Source of the DNA: Eledone cirrhosa
Taxonomy: Eukaryota
Direction of reading: 5' to 3'
Assembly (NCBI GenBank): GCA_964016885.1
Contig: OZ024742.1
Span: 377,642,001 to 377,706,000, forward strand
Length of the DNA stretch: 64,000 nucleotides
The translations under genes were made by a program, and so were the position numbers. Positions 15,001-30,395 of the stretch are shown in pieces (the first letter of the stretch is position 1; every line of letters starts with the position of its first letter). The notes below the pieces were generated by a model. The model did no database searches. It saw only the letters and a list, made by a program, of their open reading frames with translations, and was not told the origin of the DNA.

Positions 15001-18000
15001 TAGAGGAAGATATAACATGGTGTAGTGTTAGAGGAGGATATACCATGGTGTAGTGTTAGAGGAAGATATAACATGGTGTAGTGTTAGAGGAAGATATAAC
15101 ATGGTGTAGTGTTAGAGGAAGATATAACATGGTGTAGTGTTAGAGGAGGATATAACATGGTGTAGTATTAGAGGAAGATATAACATGGTGTAGTATTAGA
15201 GGAAGATATAACATGGTGTAGTGATATAGGAGGATATAACATGGTGTAGTGTTAGAGGAGGATATAACATGGTGTAGTGTTAGAGGAAGATATAACATGG
15301 TGTAGTGTTAGAGGAAGATATAACATGGTGTAGTATTAGAGGAAGATATAACATGGTGTAGTGTTAGAGGAGGATATAACATGGTGTAGTGTTAGAGGAG
15401 GATATAACATGGTGTAGTGTTAGAGGAAGATATCACATGGTGTAGTATTAGAGGAAGATATCACATGGTGTAGTATTAGATGAGGATATACCATGGTGTA
15501 GTTTTAGAGGAAGATATAACATGGTGTAGTGTTAGAGGAGGATATACCATGGTGTAGTGTTAGAGGAAGATATAACATGGTGTAGTGTTAGAGGAAGATA
15601 TAACATGGTGTAGTGTTAGAGGAAGATATAACATGGTGTAGTGTTAGAGGAAGATATAACATGGTGTAGTGTTAGAGGAGGATATAACATGGTGTAGTGT
15701 TAGAGGAAGATATAACATGGTGTAGTATTAGAGGAAGATATAACATGGTGTAGTGTTAGAGGAGGATATAACATGGTGTAGTGTTAGAGGAGGATATAAC
15801 ATGGTGTAGTGTTAGAGGAAGATATCACATGGTGTAGTATTAGAGGAAGATATCACATGGTGTAGTATTAGATGAGGATATACCATGGTGTAGTGTTAGA
15901 GGAAGATATAACATGGTGTAGTGTTAGAGGAAGATATAACATGGTGTAGTGTTAGAGGAAGATATAACATGGTGTAGTGTTAGAGGAGGATATAACATGG
16001 TGTAGTATTAGAGGAAGATATAAATGGTGTAGTATTAGAGGAAGATATTACATGGTGTAGTGTTATAGGAGGATATAACATGGTGTAGTGTTAGAGGAGG
16101 ATATAACATGGTGTAGTGTTAGAGGAAGATATAACATGGTGTAGTGTTAGAGGAAGATATAACATGGTGTAGTGTTAGAGGAGGATATAACATGGTGTAG
16201 TGTTAGAGGAAGATATAACATGGTGTAGTGTTAGAGGAGGATATAACATGGTGTAGTATTAGAGGAAGATATAACATGGTGTAGTATTAGAGGAAGATAT
16301 AACATGGTGTAGTGTTAGAGGAAGATATAACATGGTGTACTGTTAGAGGAAGATATAACATGGTGTAGTGTTAGAGGAGGATATAACATGGTGTAGTGTT
16401 AGAGGAAGATATAACATGGTGTAGTGTTAGAGGAGGATATAACATGGTGTAGTGTTAGAGGAAGATATAACATGGTGTAGTGTTAGAGGAAGATATAATA
16501 TGGTGTAGTGTTAGAGGAGGATATAACATGGTGTAGTGTTAGAGGAAGATATAACATGGTGTAGTGTTAGAGGAGGATATAACATGGTGTAGTGTTAGAG
16601 GAAGATATAAGATGGTGTAGTGTTAGAGGAAGATATAACATGGTGTAGTGTTAGATGAAGATATAAGATGGTGTAGTGTTAGAGGAAGATATAACATGGT
16701 GTAGTGTTAGAGGAGGATATAACATGGTGTAAGTGTTAGAGGAAGATATAACATGGTGTAGTGTTAGAGGAAGATATAAGATGGTGTAGTGTTAGAGGAA
16801 GATATAACATGGTGTAGTGTTAGAGGAAGATATAACATGGTGTAGTGTTAGAGGAAGATATAACATGGTGTAGTGTTAGAGGAAGATATAACATGGTGTA
16901 GTGTTAGAGGAAGATATAACATGGTGTAGTGTTAGAGGAAGATATAACATGGTGTAGTGTTAGAGGAAGATATAAGATGGTGTAGTGTTAGAGGAAGATA
17001 TAACATGGTGTAGTGTTAGAGGAAGATATAACATGGTGTAGTGTTAGAGGAGGATATAACATGGTGTAGTGTTAGAGGAAGATATAACATGGTGTGTGTT
17101 AGAGGAAGATATAACATCGTGTAGTGTTAGAGGAAGATATAAGATGGTGTAGTGTTAGAGGAAGATATAACATGGTGTAGTGTTAGAGGAAGATATAACA
17201 TGGTGTTAGTGTTTAGAGGAAGATATAACATGGTGTAGTGTTAGAGGAGGATATAACATGGTGTAGTGTTAAGGAAGATATAACATGGTTGTAGTATTAG
17301 AGGAAGATATAACATGGTGTAGTATTAGAGGAAGATATAACATGGTGTAGTGTTAGAGGAGGATATAACATGGTGTAGTATTAGAGGAAGATATAACATG
17401 GTGTAGTATTAGGGGAAGATATAACATGGTGTAGTGTTAGAGGAGGATATAACATGGTGTAGTGTTAGAGGAGGATATAACATGGTGTAGTGTTAGAGGA
17501 AGATATAACATTGTGTAGTGTTAGAGGAAGATATAACATGGAGTAGTATTAGAGGAAGATATAACATGGTGTAGTGTTAGAGGAGGATATACCATGGTGT
17601 AGTGTTAGAGGAAGATATAACATGGTGTAGTGTTAGAGGAAGATATAACATGGTGTAGTGTTAGAGGAAGATATAACATGGTGTAGTATTAGAGGAAGAT
17701 ATAACATGGTGTAGTGTTAGAGGAGGATATAACATGGTGTAGTATTAGAGGAAGATATAACATGGTGTAGTATTAGAGGAAGATATAACATGGTGTAGTG
17801 TTATAGGAAGATATAACATGGTGTATAGTGTTAGAGGAGGATATAACATGGTGTAGTGTTAGAGGAAGATATAACACGGTGTAGTGTTAGAGGAAGATAT
17901 AACATGGTGTAGTATTAGAGGAAGATATAACATGGTGTAGTGTTAGAGGAAGGATATAACATGGTGTAGTATTAGAGGAAGATATAACATGGTGTAGTGT

Positions 18001-21000
18001 TATAGGAGGATATAACATGGTGTAGTGTTAGAGGAGGATATAACATGGTGTAGTGTTAGAGGAAGATATAACATGGTGTAGTGTTAGAGGAAGATATAAC
18101 ATGGTGTAGTATTAGAGGAAGATATAACATGTGTAGTGTTAGGGGAGGACATAACATGGTGTAGTGTTAGAGGAAGATATAACATGGTGTAGTGTTAGAG
18201 GAAGATATAACATGGTGTAGTGTTAGAGGAGGATATAACATGGGTGTAGTGTTAGCGGAAGATATAACATGGTGTAGTGTTAGAGGAGGATATAACATGG
18301 TGTAGTGTTAGAGGAAGATATAAGATGGTGTAGTGTTAGAGGAAGATATAACATGGTGTAGTGTTAGAGGAAGATATAAGATGTGTAGTGTTAGAGGAAG
18401 ATATAACATGGTGTAGTGTTAGAGGAGGATATAACATGGTGTAGTGTTAGAGGAAGATATAACATGGTGTAGTGTTAGAGGAAGATATAACATGGTGTAG
18501 GTTAGAGGAAGATATAACATGGTGTAGTGTTAGAGGAAGATATAAGATGGTGTAGTGTTAGAGGAAGATATAACATGGTGTAGTGTTAGAGGAAGATATA
18601 ACATGGTGTAGTGTTAGAGGAGGATATAACATGGTGTAGTGTTAGAGGAAGATATAACATGGTGTAGTGTTAGAGGAAGATATAACATGTGCAGTGTTAG
18701 AGGAAGATATAACATGGTGTAGTGTTAGAGGAAGATATAAGATGGTGTAGTGTTAGAGGAAGATATAACATAGTGTAGTGTTAGAGGAAGATATAACATG
18801 GTGTAGTGTTAGAGGAGGATATAACATGGTGTAGTGTTAGAGGAAGATATAACATGGTGTAGTGTTAGAGGAAGATATAACATCGTGTAGTGTTAGAGGA
18901 AGATATAACATGGTGTAGTGTTAGAGGAAGATATAACATGGTGTAGTGTTAGACGAGGATATAACATGGTGTAGTGTTAGAGGAAGATATAACATGGTGT
19001 AGTGTTAGACGAGGATATAACATGGTGTAGTGTTAGAGGAAGATATAACATGGTGTAGTGTTAGAGGAAGATATAACATGGTGTAGTGTTAGAGGAAGAT
19101 ATAACATGGTGTAGTGTTAGAGGAGGATATAACATGGTGTAGTGTTAAAGGAAGATATAACATGGTGTAGTATTAGAGGAAGATATAACATGGTGTAGTA
19201 TTAGAGGAAGATATAACATGGTGTAGTATTAGAGGAAGATATAACATGGTGTAGTTTTAGAGGAGGATATAACATGGTGTAGTGTTAGAGGAAGAAATAA
19301 CATGGTGTAGTGTTAGAGGAGGATATAACATGCTGTAGTATTAGAGGAAGATATAACATGGTGTAGTATTAGGGGAAGATATAACATGGTGTAGTGTTAG
19401 AGGAGGATATAACATGGTGTAGTGTTAGAGGAGGATATAACATGGTGTAGTGTTAGAGGAAGATATAACATTGTGTAGTGTTAGAGGAAGATATAACATG
19501 GAGTAGTATTAGAGGAAGATATAACATGGTGTAGTGTTAGAGGAGGATATACCATGGTGTAGTGTTAGAGGAAGATATAACATGGTGTAGTGTTAGAGGA
19601 AGATATAACATGGTGTAGTGTTAGAGGAAGATATAACATGGTGTAGTATTAGAGGGAGATATAACATGGTGTAGTTTTAGAGGAGGATATAACATGGTGT
19701 AGTATTAGAGGAAGATATAACATGGTGTAGTATTAGAGGAAGATATAACATGGTGTAGTGTTATAGGAGGATATAACATGGTGTAGTGTTAGAGGAAGAT
19801 ATAACATGGTGTAGTGTTAGAGGAAGATATAACATGGTGTAGTGTTAGAGGAAGATATAACATGGTGTAGTGTTAGAGGAATATATAAGATGGTGTAGTG
19901 TTAGAGGAAGATATAACATGGTGTAGTGTTAGAGGAAGATATAACATGGTGTAGTGTTAGAGGAGGATATAACATGGTGTAGTGTTAAAGGAAGATATAA
20001 CATGGTGTAGTATTAGAGGAAGATATAACATGGTGTAGTATTAGAGGAAGATATAACATGGTGTAGTATTAGAGGAAGATATAACATGGTGTAGTGTTAG
20101 AGGAGGATATAACATGGTGTAGTGTTAGAGGAAGATATAACATGGTGTAGTGTTAGAGGAAGATATAACATGGTGTAGTGTTAGAGGAAGATATAACATG
20201 GTGTAGTGTTAGAGGAAGATATAACATGGTGTAGTGTTAGAGGAGGATATAACATGGTGTAGTGTTAGAGGAAGATATAACATGGTGTAGTGTTAGAGGA
20301 AGATATAACATGGTGTAGTGTTAGAGGAAGATATAACATGGTGTAGTGTTAAAGGAGGATATAACATGGTGTAGTATTAGAGGAAGATATAACATGCTGT
20401 AGTATTAGAGGAAGATATAACATGGTGTAGTATTAGGGGAAGATATAACATGGTGTAGTGTTAGAGGAGGATATAACATGGTGTAGTGTTAGAGGAGGAT
20501 ATAACATGGTGTAGTGTTAGAGGAAGATATAACATTGTGTAGTGTTAGAGGAAGATATAACATGGAGTAGTATTAGAGGAAGATATAACATGGTGTAGTG
20601 TTAGAGGAGGATATACCATGGTGTAGTGTTAGAGGAAGATATAACATGGTGTAGTGTTAGAGGAAGATATAACATGGTGTAGTGTTAGAGGAAGATATAA
20701 CATGGTGTAGTATTAGAGGAAGATATAACATGGTGTAGTGTTAGAGGAGGATATAACATGGTGTAGTATTAGAGGAAGATATAACATGGTGTAGTATTAG
20801 AGGAAGATATAACATGGTGTAGTGTTATAGGAGGATATAACATGGTGTAGTGTTAGAGGAAGATATAACATGGTGTAGTGTTAGAGGAAGATATAACATG
20901 GTGTAGTGTTAGAGGAAGATATAACATGGTGTAGTGTTAGAGGAATATATAAGATGGTGTAGTGTTAGAGGAAGATATAACATGGTGTAGTGTTAGAGGA

Positions 21001-24000
21001 AGATATAACATGGTGTAGTGTTAGAGGAGGATATAACATGGTGTAGTGTTAAAGGAAGATATAACATGGTGTAGTATTAGAGGAAGATATAACATGGTGT
21101 AGTATTAGAGGAAGATATAACATGGTGTAGTATTAGAGGAAGATATAACATGGTGTAGTGTTAGAGGAGGATATAACATGGTGTAGTGTTAGAGGAAGAT
21201 ATAACATGGTGTAGTGTTAGAGGAAGATATAACATGGTGTAGTGTTAGAGGAAGATATAACATGGTGTAGTGTTAGAGGAGGATATAACATGGTGTAGTA
21301 TTAGAGGAAGATATAACATGGTGTAGTATTAGGGGAAGATATAACATGGTGTAGTGTTAGAGGAGGATATAACATGGTGTAGTGTTAGAGGAGGATATAA
21401 CATGGTGTAGTGTTAGAGGAAGATATAACATTGTGTAGTGTTAGAGGAAGATATAACATGGAGTAGTATTAGAGGAAGATATAACATGGTGTAGTGTTAG
21501 AGGAGGATATACCATGGTGTAGTGTTAGAGGAAGATATAACATGGTGTAGTGTTAGAGGAAGATATAACATGGTGTAGTGTTAGAGGAAGATATAACATG
21601 GTGTAGTATTAGAGGAAGATATAACATGGTGTAGTGTTAGAGGAGGATATAACATGGTGTAGTATTAGAGGAAGATATAACATGGTGTAGTATTAGAGGA
21701 AGATATAACATGGTGTAGTGTTATAGGAGGATATAACATGGTGTAGTGTTAGAGGAGGATATAACATGGTGTAGTGTTAGAGGAAGATATAACATGGTGT
21801 AGTGTTAGAGGAAGATATAACATGGTGTAGTATTAGAGGAAGATATAACATGGTGTAGTGTTAGAGGAGGATATAACATGGTGTAGTATTAGAGGAAGAT
21901 ATAACATGGTGTAGTGTTATAGGAGGATATAACATGGATTAGTGTTAGAGGAGGATATAACATGGTGTAGTGTTAGAGGAAGATATAACATGGTGTAGTG
22001 TTAGAGGAAGATATAACATGGTGTAGTATTAGAGGAAGATATAACATGGTGTAGTGTTAGAGGAGGATATAACATGGTGTAGTATTAGAGGAAGATATAA
22101 CATGGTGTAGTGTTAGAGGAGGATATAACATGGTGTAGTATTAGAGGAAGATATAACATGGTGTAGTATTAGAGGAAGATATAACATGGTGTAGTGTTAT
22201 AGGAGGATATAACATGGTGTAGTGTTAGAGGAGGATATAACATGGTGTAGTGTTAGAGGAAGATATAACATGGTGTAGTGTTAGAGGAAGATATAACATG
22301 GTGTAGTGTTAGAGGAGGATATAACATGGTGTAGTGTTAGAGGAAGATATAACATGGTGTAGTGTTAGAGGAAGATATAACATGGTGTAGTGTTAGAGGA
22401 GGATATAACATGGTGTAGTGTTAGAGGAAGATATAACATGGTGTAGTGTTAGAGGAAGATATAACATGTTGTAGTGTTAGAGGAAGATATAACATGGTGT
22501 AGTGTTAGAGGAGGATATAACATGGTGTAGTGTTAGAGGAAGATATAACATGGTGTAGTTTTAGAGGAGGATATAACATGGTGTAGTGTTAGAGGACGAT
22601 ATAACACGGTGTAGTGCTAGAGGAAGATATAACATGGTGTAGTGTTAGAGGAAGATATAACATGGTGTAGTGTTAGAGGAGGATATAACATGGTGTAGTG
22701 TTAGAGGAAGATATAACATGGTGTAGTGTTAGAGGAGGATATAACATGGTGTAGTGTTAGAGGAAGATATGACATGGTGTAGTGTTAGAGGAAGATATAA
22801 CATGGTGTAGTGTTAGAGGAGGATATAACATGGTGTAGTGTTAGAGGAAGATATAACATGGTGTAGTGTTAGAGGAGGATATAACATGGTGTAGTGTTAG
22901 AGGAAGATATAAGATGGTGTAGTGTTAGAGGAAGATATAACATGGTGTAGTGTTAGAGGAAGATATAAGATGGTGTAGTGTTAGAGGAAGATATAACATG
23001 GTGTAGTGTTAGAGGAGGATATAACATGGTGTAGTGTTAGAGGAAGATATAACATGGTGTAGTGTTAGAGGAAGATATAACATGGTGTAGCGTTAGAGGA
23101 AGATATAACATGGTGTAGTGTTAGAGGAAGATATAACATGGTGTAGCGTTAGAGGAAGATATAACATGGTGTAGTGTTAGAGGAAGATATAACATGGTGT
23201 AGTGTTAGAGGAAGATATAAGATGGTGTAGTGTTAGAGGAAGATATAACATGGTGTAGTGTTAGAGGAAGATATAACATGGTGTAGTGTTAGAGGAGGAT
23301 ATAACATGGTGTAGTGTTAGAGGAAGATATAACATGGTGTAGTGTTAGAGGAAGATATAACATGGTGTAGTGTTAGAGGAAGATATAACATGGTGTAGTG
23401 TTAGAGGAAGATATAAGATGGTGTAGTGTTAGAGGAAGATATAACATGGTGTAGTGTTAGAGGAAGATATAACATGGTGTAGTGTTAGAGGAGGATATAA
23501 CATGGTGTAGTGTTAGAGGAAGATATAACATGGTGTAGTGTTAGAGGAAGATATAACATCGTGTAGTGTTAGAGGAAGATATAAGATGGTGTAGTGTTAG
23601 AGGAAGATATAACATGGTGTAGTGTTAGACGAGGATATAACATGGTGTAGTGTTAGAGGAAGATAAAACATGGTGTAGTGTTAGAGGAAGATATAACATG
23701 GAGTAGTATTAGAGGAAGATATAACATGGTGTAGTGTTAGAGGAGGATATACCATGGTGTAGTGTTAGAGGAAGATATAACATGGTGTAGTGTTAGAGGA
23801 AGATATAACATGGTGTAGTGTTAGAGGAGGATATAACATGGTGTAGTATTAGAGGAAGATATAACATGGTGTAGTATTAGAGGAAGATATAACATGGTGT
23901 AGTGTTATAGGAGGATATAACATGGTGTAGTGTTAGAGGAAGATATAACATGGTGTAGTGTTAGAGGAAGATATAACATGGTGTAGTGTTAGAGGAAGAT

Positions 24001-27000
24001 ATAACATGGTGTAGTGTTAGAGGAAGATATAAGATGGTGTAGTGTTAGAGGAAGATATAACATGGTGTAGTGTTAGAGGAAGATATAACATGGTGTAGTG
24101 TTAGAGGAGTATATAACATGGTGTAGTGTTAAAGGAAGATATAACATGGTGTAGTATTAGAGGAAGATATAACATGGTGTAGTATTAGAGGAAGATATAA
24201 CATGGTCTAGTATTAGAGGAAGATATAACATGGTGTAGTGTTAGAGGAGGATATAACATGGTGTAGTGTTAGAGGAAGATATAACATGGTGTAGTGTTAG
24301 AGGAAGATATAACATGGTGTAGTGTTAGAGGAAGATATAACATGGTGTAGTGTTAGAGGAAGATATAACATGGTGTAGTGTTAGAGGAGGATATAACATG
24401 GTGTAGTATTAGAGGAAGATATAACATGGTGTAGTATTAGGGGAAGATATAACATGGTGTAGTGTTAGAGGAGGATATAACATGGTGTAGTGTTAGAGGA
24501 GGATATAACATGGTGTAGTGTTAGAGGAAGATATAACATTGTGTAGTGTTAGAGGAAGATATAACATGGAGTAGTATTAGAGGAAGATATAACATGGTGT
24601 AGTGTTAGAGGAGGATATACCATGGTGTAGTGTTAGAGGAAGATATAACATGGTGTAGTGTTAGAGGAAGATATAACATGGTGTAGTGTTAGAGGAAGAT
24701 ATAACATGGTGTAGTATTAGAGGAAGATATAACATGGTGTAGTGTTAGAGGAGGATATAACATGGTGTAGTATTAGAGGAAGATATATCATGGTGTAGTA
24801 TTAGAGGAAGATATAACATGGTGTAGTGTTATAGGAGGATATAACATGGTGTAGTGTTAGAGGAGGATATAACATGGTCTAGTGTTAGAGGAAGATATAA
24901 CATGGTGTAGTGTTAGAGGAAGATATAACATGGTGTAGTATTAGAGGAAGATATAACATGGTGTAGTGTTAGAGGAGGATATAACATGGTGTAGTATTAG
25001 AGGAAGATATAACATGGTGTAGTGTTATAGGAGGATATAACATGGATTAGTGTTAGAGGAGGATATAACATGGTGTAGTGTTAGAGGAAGATATAACATG
25101 GTGTAGTGTTAGAGGAAGATATAACATGGTGTAGTATTAGAGGAAGATATAACATGGTGTAGTGTTAGAGGAGGATATAACATGGTGTAGTATTAGAGGA
25201 AGATATAACATGGTGTAGTGTTAGAGGAGGATATAACATGGTGTAGTATTAGAGGAAGATATAACATGGTGTAGTATTAGAGGAAGATATAACATGGTGT
25301 AGTGTTATAGGAGGATATAACATGGTGTAGTGATAGAGGAGGATATAACATGGTGTAGTGTTAGAGGAAGATATAACATGGTGTAGTGTTAGAGGAAGAT
25401 ATAACATGGTGTAGTGTTAGAGGAGGATATAACATGGTGTAGTGTTAGAGGAAGATATAACATGGTGTAGTGTTAGAGGAGGATATAACATGGTGTAGTG
25501 TTAGAGGAAGATATAACATGGTGTAGTTTTAGAGGAGGATATAACATGGTGTAGTGTTAGAGGAAGATATAACACGGTGTAGTGCTAGAGGAAGATATAA
25601 CATGGTGGTGTTAGAGGAAGATATAACATGGTGTAGTGTTAGAGGAGGATATAACATGGTGTAGTGTTAGAGGAAGATATAACATGGTGTAGTGTTAGAG
25701 GAGGATATAACATGGTGTAGTGTTAGAGGAAGATATAACATGGTGTAGTTTTAGAGGAAGATATAACATGGTGTAGTGTTAGAGGAAGATATAAGATGGT
25801 GTAGTGTTAGAGGAAGATATAACATGGTGTAGTGTTAGAGGAAGATATAAGATGGTGTAGTGTTAGAGGAAGATATAACATGGTGTAGTGTTAGAGGAGG
25901 ATATAACATGGTGTAGTGTTAGAGGAAGATATAACATGGTGTAGTGTTAGAGGAAGATATAACATGGTGTAGCGTTAGAGGAAGATATAACATGGTGTAG
26001 TGTTAGAGGAAGATATAACATGGTGTAGCGTTAGAGGAAGATATAAGATGGTGTAGTGTTAGAGGAAGATATAACATGGTGTAGTGTTAGAGGAAGATAT
26101 AAGATGGTGTAGTGTTAGAGGAAGATATAACATGGTGTAGTGTTAGAGGAAGATATAACATGGTGTAGTGTTAGAGGAGGATATAACATGGTGTAGTGTT
26201 AGAGGAAGATATAACATGGTGTAGTGTTAGAGGAAGATATAACATGGTGTAGTGTTAGAGGAAGATATAACATGGTGTAGTGTTAGAGGAGGATATAACA
26301 TGGTGTAGTGTTAGAGGAAGATATAACATGGTGTAGTGTTAGAGGAAGATATAACATCGTGTAGTGTTAGAGGAAGATATAAGATGGTGTAGTGTTAGAG
26401 GAAGATATAACATGGTGTAGTGTTAGACGAGGATATAACATGGTGTAGTGTTAGAGGAAGATATAACATGGTGTAGTGTTAGAGGAAGATATAACATGGT
26501 GTAGTGTTAGAGGAAGATATAACATGGTGTAGCGTTAGAGGAGGATATAACATGGTGTAGTGTTAAAGGAAGATATAACATGGTGTAGTATTAATGGAAG
26601 ATATAACATGGTGTAGTATTAGAGGAAGATATAACATGGTGTAGTATTAGAGGAAGATATAACATGGTATAGTGTTAGAGGAGGATATAACATGGTGTAG
26701 TGTTAGAGGAAGATATAACATGGTGTAGTGTTAGAGGAAGATATAACACGGTGTAGTGTTAGAGGAAGATATAACATGGTGTAGTGTTAGAGGAGGATAT
26801 AACATGGTGTAGTATTAGAGGAAGATATAACATGGTGTAGTATTAGGGGAAGATATAACATGGTGTAGTGTTAGAGGAGGATATAACATGGTGTAGTGTT
26901 AGAGGAGGATATAACATGGTGTAGTGTTAGAGGAAGATATAACATTGTGTAGTGTTAGAGGAAGATATAACATGGAGTAGTATTAGAGGAAGATATAACA

Positions 27001-29207
27001 TGGTGTAGTGTTAGAGGAGGATATACCATGGTGTAGTGTTAGAGGAAGATATAACATGGTGTAGTGTTAGAGGAAGATATAACATGGTGTAGTGTTAGAG
27101 GAAGATATAACATGGTGTAGTATTAGAGGAAGATATAACATGGTGTAGTGTTAGAGGAGGATATAACATGGTGTAGTATTAGAGGAAGATATAACATGGT
27201 GTAGTATTAGAGGAAGATATAACATGGTGTAGTGTTATAGGAGGATATAACATGGTGTAGTGTTAGAGGAGTATATAACATGGTGTAGTGTTAGAGGAAG
27301 ATATAACATGGTGTAGTGTTAGAGGAAGATATATCATGGTGTAGTATTAGAGGAAGATATAACATGGTGTAGTGTTAGAGGAGGATATAACATGGTGTAG
27401 TATTAGAGGAAGATATAACATGGTGTAGTGTTATAGGAGGATATAACATGGTGTAGTGTTAGAGGAGGATATAACATGGTGTAGTGTTAGAGGAAGATAT
27501 AACATGGTGTAGTGTTAGAGGAAGATATAACATGGTGTAGTATTAGAGGAAGATATAACATGGTGTAGTGTTAGAGGAGGATATAACATGGTGTAGTATT
27601 AGAGGAAGATATAACATGGTGTAGTATTAGAGGAAGATATAACATGGTGTAGTGTTATAGGAGGATATAACATGGTGTAGTGTTAGAGGAGGATATAACA
27701 TGGTGTAGTGTTAGAGGAAGATATAACATGGTGTAGTGTTAGAGGAAGATATAACATGGTGTAGTGTTAGAGGAGGATATAACATGGTGTAGTGTTAGAG
27801 GAAGATATAACATGGTGTAGTGTTAGAGGAAGATATAACATGGTGTAATGTTAGAGGAAGATATAACATGGTGTAGTGTTAGAGGAGGATATAACATGAT
27901 GTAGTGTTAGAGGAGGATATAACATGGTGTAGTGTTAGAGGAAGATATCACATGGTGTAGTATTAGAGGAAGATATCACATGGTGTAGTATTAGATGAGG
28001 ATATACCATGGTGTAGTGTTAGAGGAAGATATAACATGGTGTAGTGTTAGAGGAAGATATAACATGGTGTAGTGTTAGAGGAAGATATAACATGGTGTAG
28101 TGTTAGAGGAGGATATAACATGGTGTAGTATTAGAGGAAGATATAACATGGTGTAGTATTAGAGGAAGATATAACATGGTGTAGTGTTATAGGAGGATAT
28201 AACATGGTGTAGTGTTAGAGGAGGATATAACATGGTGTAGTGTTAGAGGAAGATATAACATGGTGTAGTGTTAGAGGAAGATATAACATGGTGTATTATT
28301 AGAGGAAGATATAACATGGTGTAGTGTTAGAGGAGGATATAACATGGTGTAGTGTTAGAGGAGGATATAACATGGTGTAGTGTTAGAGGAAGATATAACA
28401 TGGTGTAGTATTAGAGGAAGATATAACATGGTGTAGTATTAGAGGAAGATATCACATGGTGTAGTATTAGAGGAATATATAACATGTGTAGTATTAGAGG
28501 AGGATATAACATGGTGTAGTGTTAGAGGAGGATATAACATGGTGTAGTGTTAGAGGAAGATATAACATGGTGTAGTGTTAGAGGAAGATATAACATGGTG
28601 TAGTGTTAGAGGAGGATATAACATGGTGTAGTATTAGAGGAAGATATAACATGGTGTAGTATTAGAGGAAGATATAACATGGTGTAGTGTTATAGGAGGA
28701 TATAACATGGTGTAGTGTTAGAGGAGGATATAACATGGTGTAGTGTTAGAGGAAGATATAACATGGTGTAGTGTTAGAGGAAGATATAACATGGTGTATT
28801 ATTAGAGGAAGATATAACATGGTGTAGTGTTAGAGGAGGATATAACATGGTGTAGTGTTAGAGGAGGTTATAACATGGTGTAGTGTTAGAGGAAGATATA
28901 ACATGGTGTAGTATTAGAGGAAGATATAACATGGTGTAGTGTTAGAGGAGGATATAACATGGTGTAGTGTTAGAGGAGGATATAACATGGTGTAGTATTA
29001 GAGGAAGATATAACATGGTGTTATATTAGGGGAAGATATCACATGGTGTAGTATTAGATGAATATATAACATGGTGTAGTATTAGAGGAGGATATAACAT
29101 GGTGTAGTGTTAGAGGAGGATATAACATGGTGTAGTGTTAGAGGAAGATATAACATGGTGTAGTGTTAGAGGAAGATATAACATGGTGTAGTGTTAGAGG
29201 AAGATAT
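1..29207. repeat. 28-bp tandem satellite, consensus GATATAACATGGTGTAGTGTTAGAGGAA, about 1,040 copies, continues off the window start
   Basis: Unit starts at 31, 59, 87 and so on (period 28). Recurrent variants include GGAG/GGAA, AGTATT, GGGGAA, CATTG and TACCAT. The array ends abruptly at a short (TA) run near 29208. Confidence 0.98.
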
Positions 29208-29259
29208 GTATATATATACTCCAGGTTTGAATACAGTAGATCTCTTCCAGAGAAGGGTA

Positions 29260-29275
29260 GAGAGAGAGAGAGATA

Positions 29276-29357
<82 letters not shown>

Positions 29358-29392
29358 CAGTGAGAGACTGGAAGCGAGAAAGAGATAGAGAG
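29260..29392. repeat. (GA)n microsatellite
   Basis: Direct reading. It accounts for the ERER/SLSL ORFs. Confidence 0.95.
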
Positions 29393-29400
29393 AAAGAATA

Positions 29401-29580
29401 GAACCCAATACTAGACTGGTACTTTTTTTTATCGACCTCAAAAGGATGTAGGGCAAGTTGACCTGGGTGAGATTTGAACTTAGAGAGCAGAGAGCCGGAA
29501 GTAATACCACAAGGCATTCTATCCGACAATCTAACCACTCTGCCATTCTATCCGGCGATCTAACGCTTCTACCAATTCGT
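29401..29580 (-). mobile_element. tRNA-derived SINE fragment
   Basis: The minus strand has an A-box-like TGGCAGAGTGG and a B-box GTTCAAATC, followed by CATCCTTTTGAGGTCGATAAAA..GTACCAGT. That body motif is shared with the copies near 41.05 kb and 43.95 kb. Confidence 0.75.
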
Positions 29581-30259
29581 TGCCTACAAATCAGAACTGA
29601 AAACAACAGAAAAATAATTTTCTGTCTTCAAAGAAACTACAAAAATATATAAATGGCGACTGGAAGGAGAGAGAGTTGTAAGGAAGACGAAGAAACAATA
29701 GAAGCCAAGCACTAAGGTAAAACGGAAGACAAAATATAACTAAGGAAAGACTATTTGATTATAGATTTTGCGATAGTATTTGATATACGAATGAAAGCTA
29801 GGGGAAGAGAAACGACTAAAAATTATGTGGATTTAGTTTAAGAGCAAATAAAGCTTGGGTCAATAACAAGGTTATCTTTGAAATGTTTTTTTCCTGTAAT
29901 CACAGAAATACTAAACAAAAGAAGACCACATCAGCTGTGCAAGGGAGTGAAAGATACAATTGAGAAGCATTTATTGCCATCCTCGTTTCTTTAAGAATCC
30001 TTCAAAACATTATTATATCATCCTGTTAACAAATTTACTAGATTATCACTAAATCTCAAACCGTTAATTAGATTCTAACACTAACAGGAATACCCGACGT
30101 TTTGGAACAACACAAAGATTATATCAACCTCTCTACTAAACTACTAATTAATTTATAGACTCCGAAAAAGGAGAAAAAGCAAAGTTCAACACTACAGGGT
30201 CTCAACTAATCGATCAGTGGGCTTTCGTCAATTTAGACGATCAGTATTCCAGTAGTTCT

Positions 30260-30395
30260 AGCAACAGAACAGCCTACTCATGAAATTAACGTGTAAATAG
30301 TGGAGGATTCCACAGACACGTGTAGCCGTAAAATTCCTTTTTTTAGAGAGATTATGCGTGACAGAGTATATAGCAATGCTGACCTTTTGAATTAA
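30260..30395 (-). mobile_element. Decayed SINE body fragment
   Basis: GAACAGCCTACTCATGAAATTAACGTG..CCACAGACACGTGT resembles a common cephalopod SINE body. This is from recall and was not searched. Confidence 0.4.

Noticed and set aside
1-29207. CRISPR-like 28-bp repeat array
   Set aside because: The units are head-to-tail with no unique spacers, there are no cas genes, and the context is eukaryotic.
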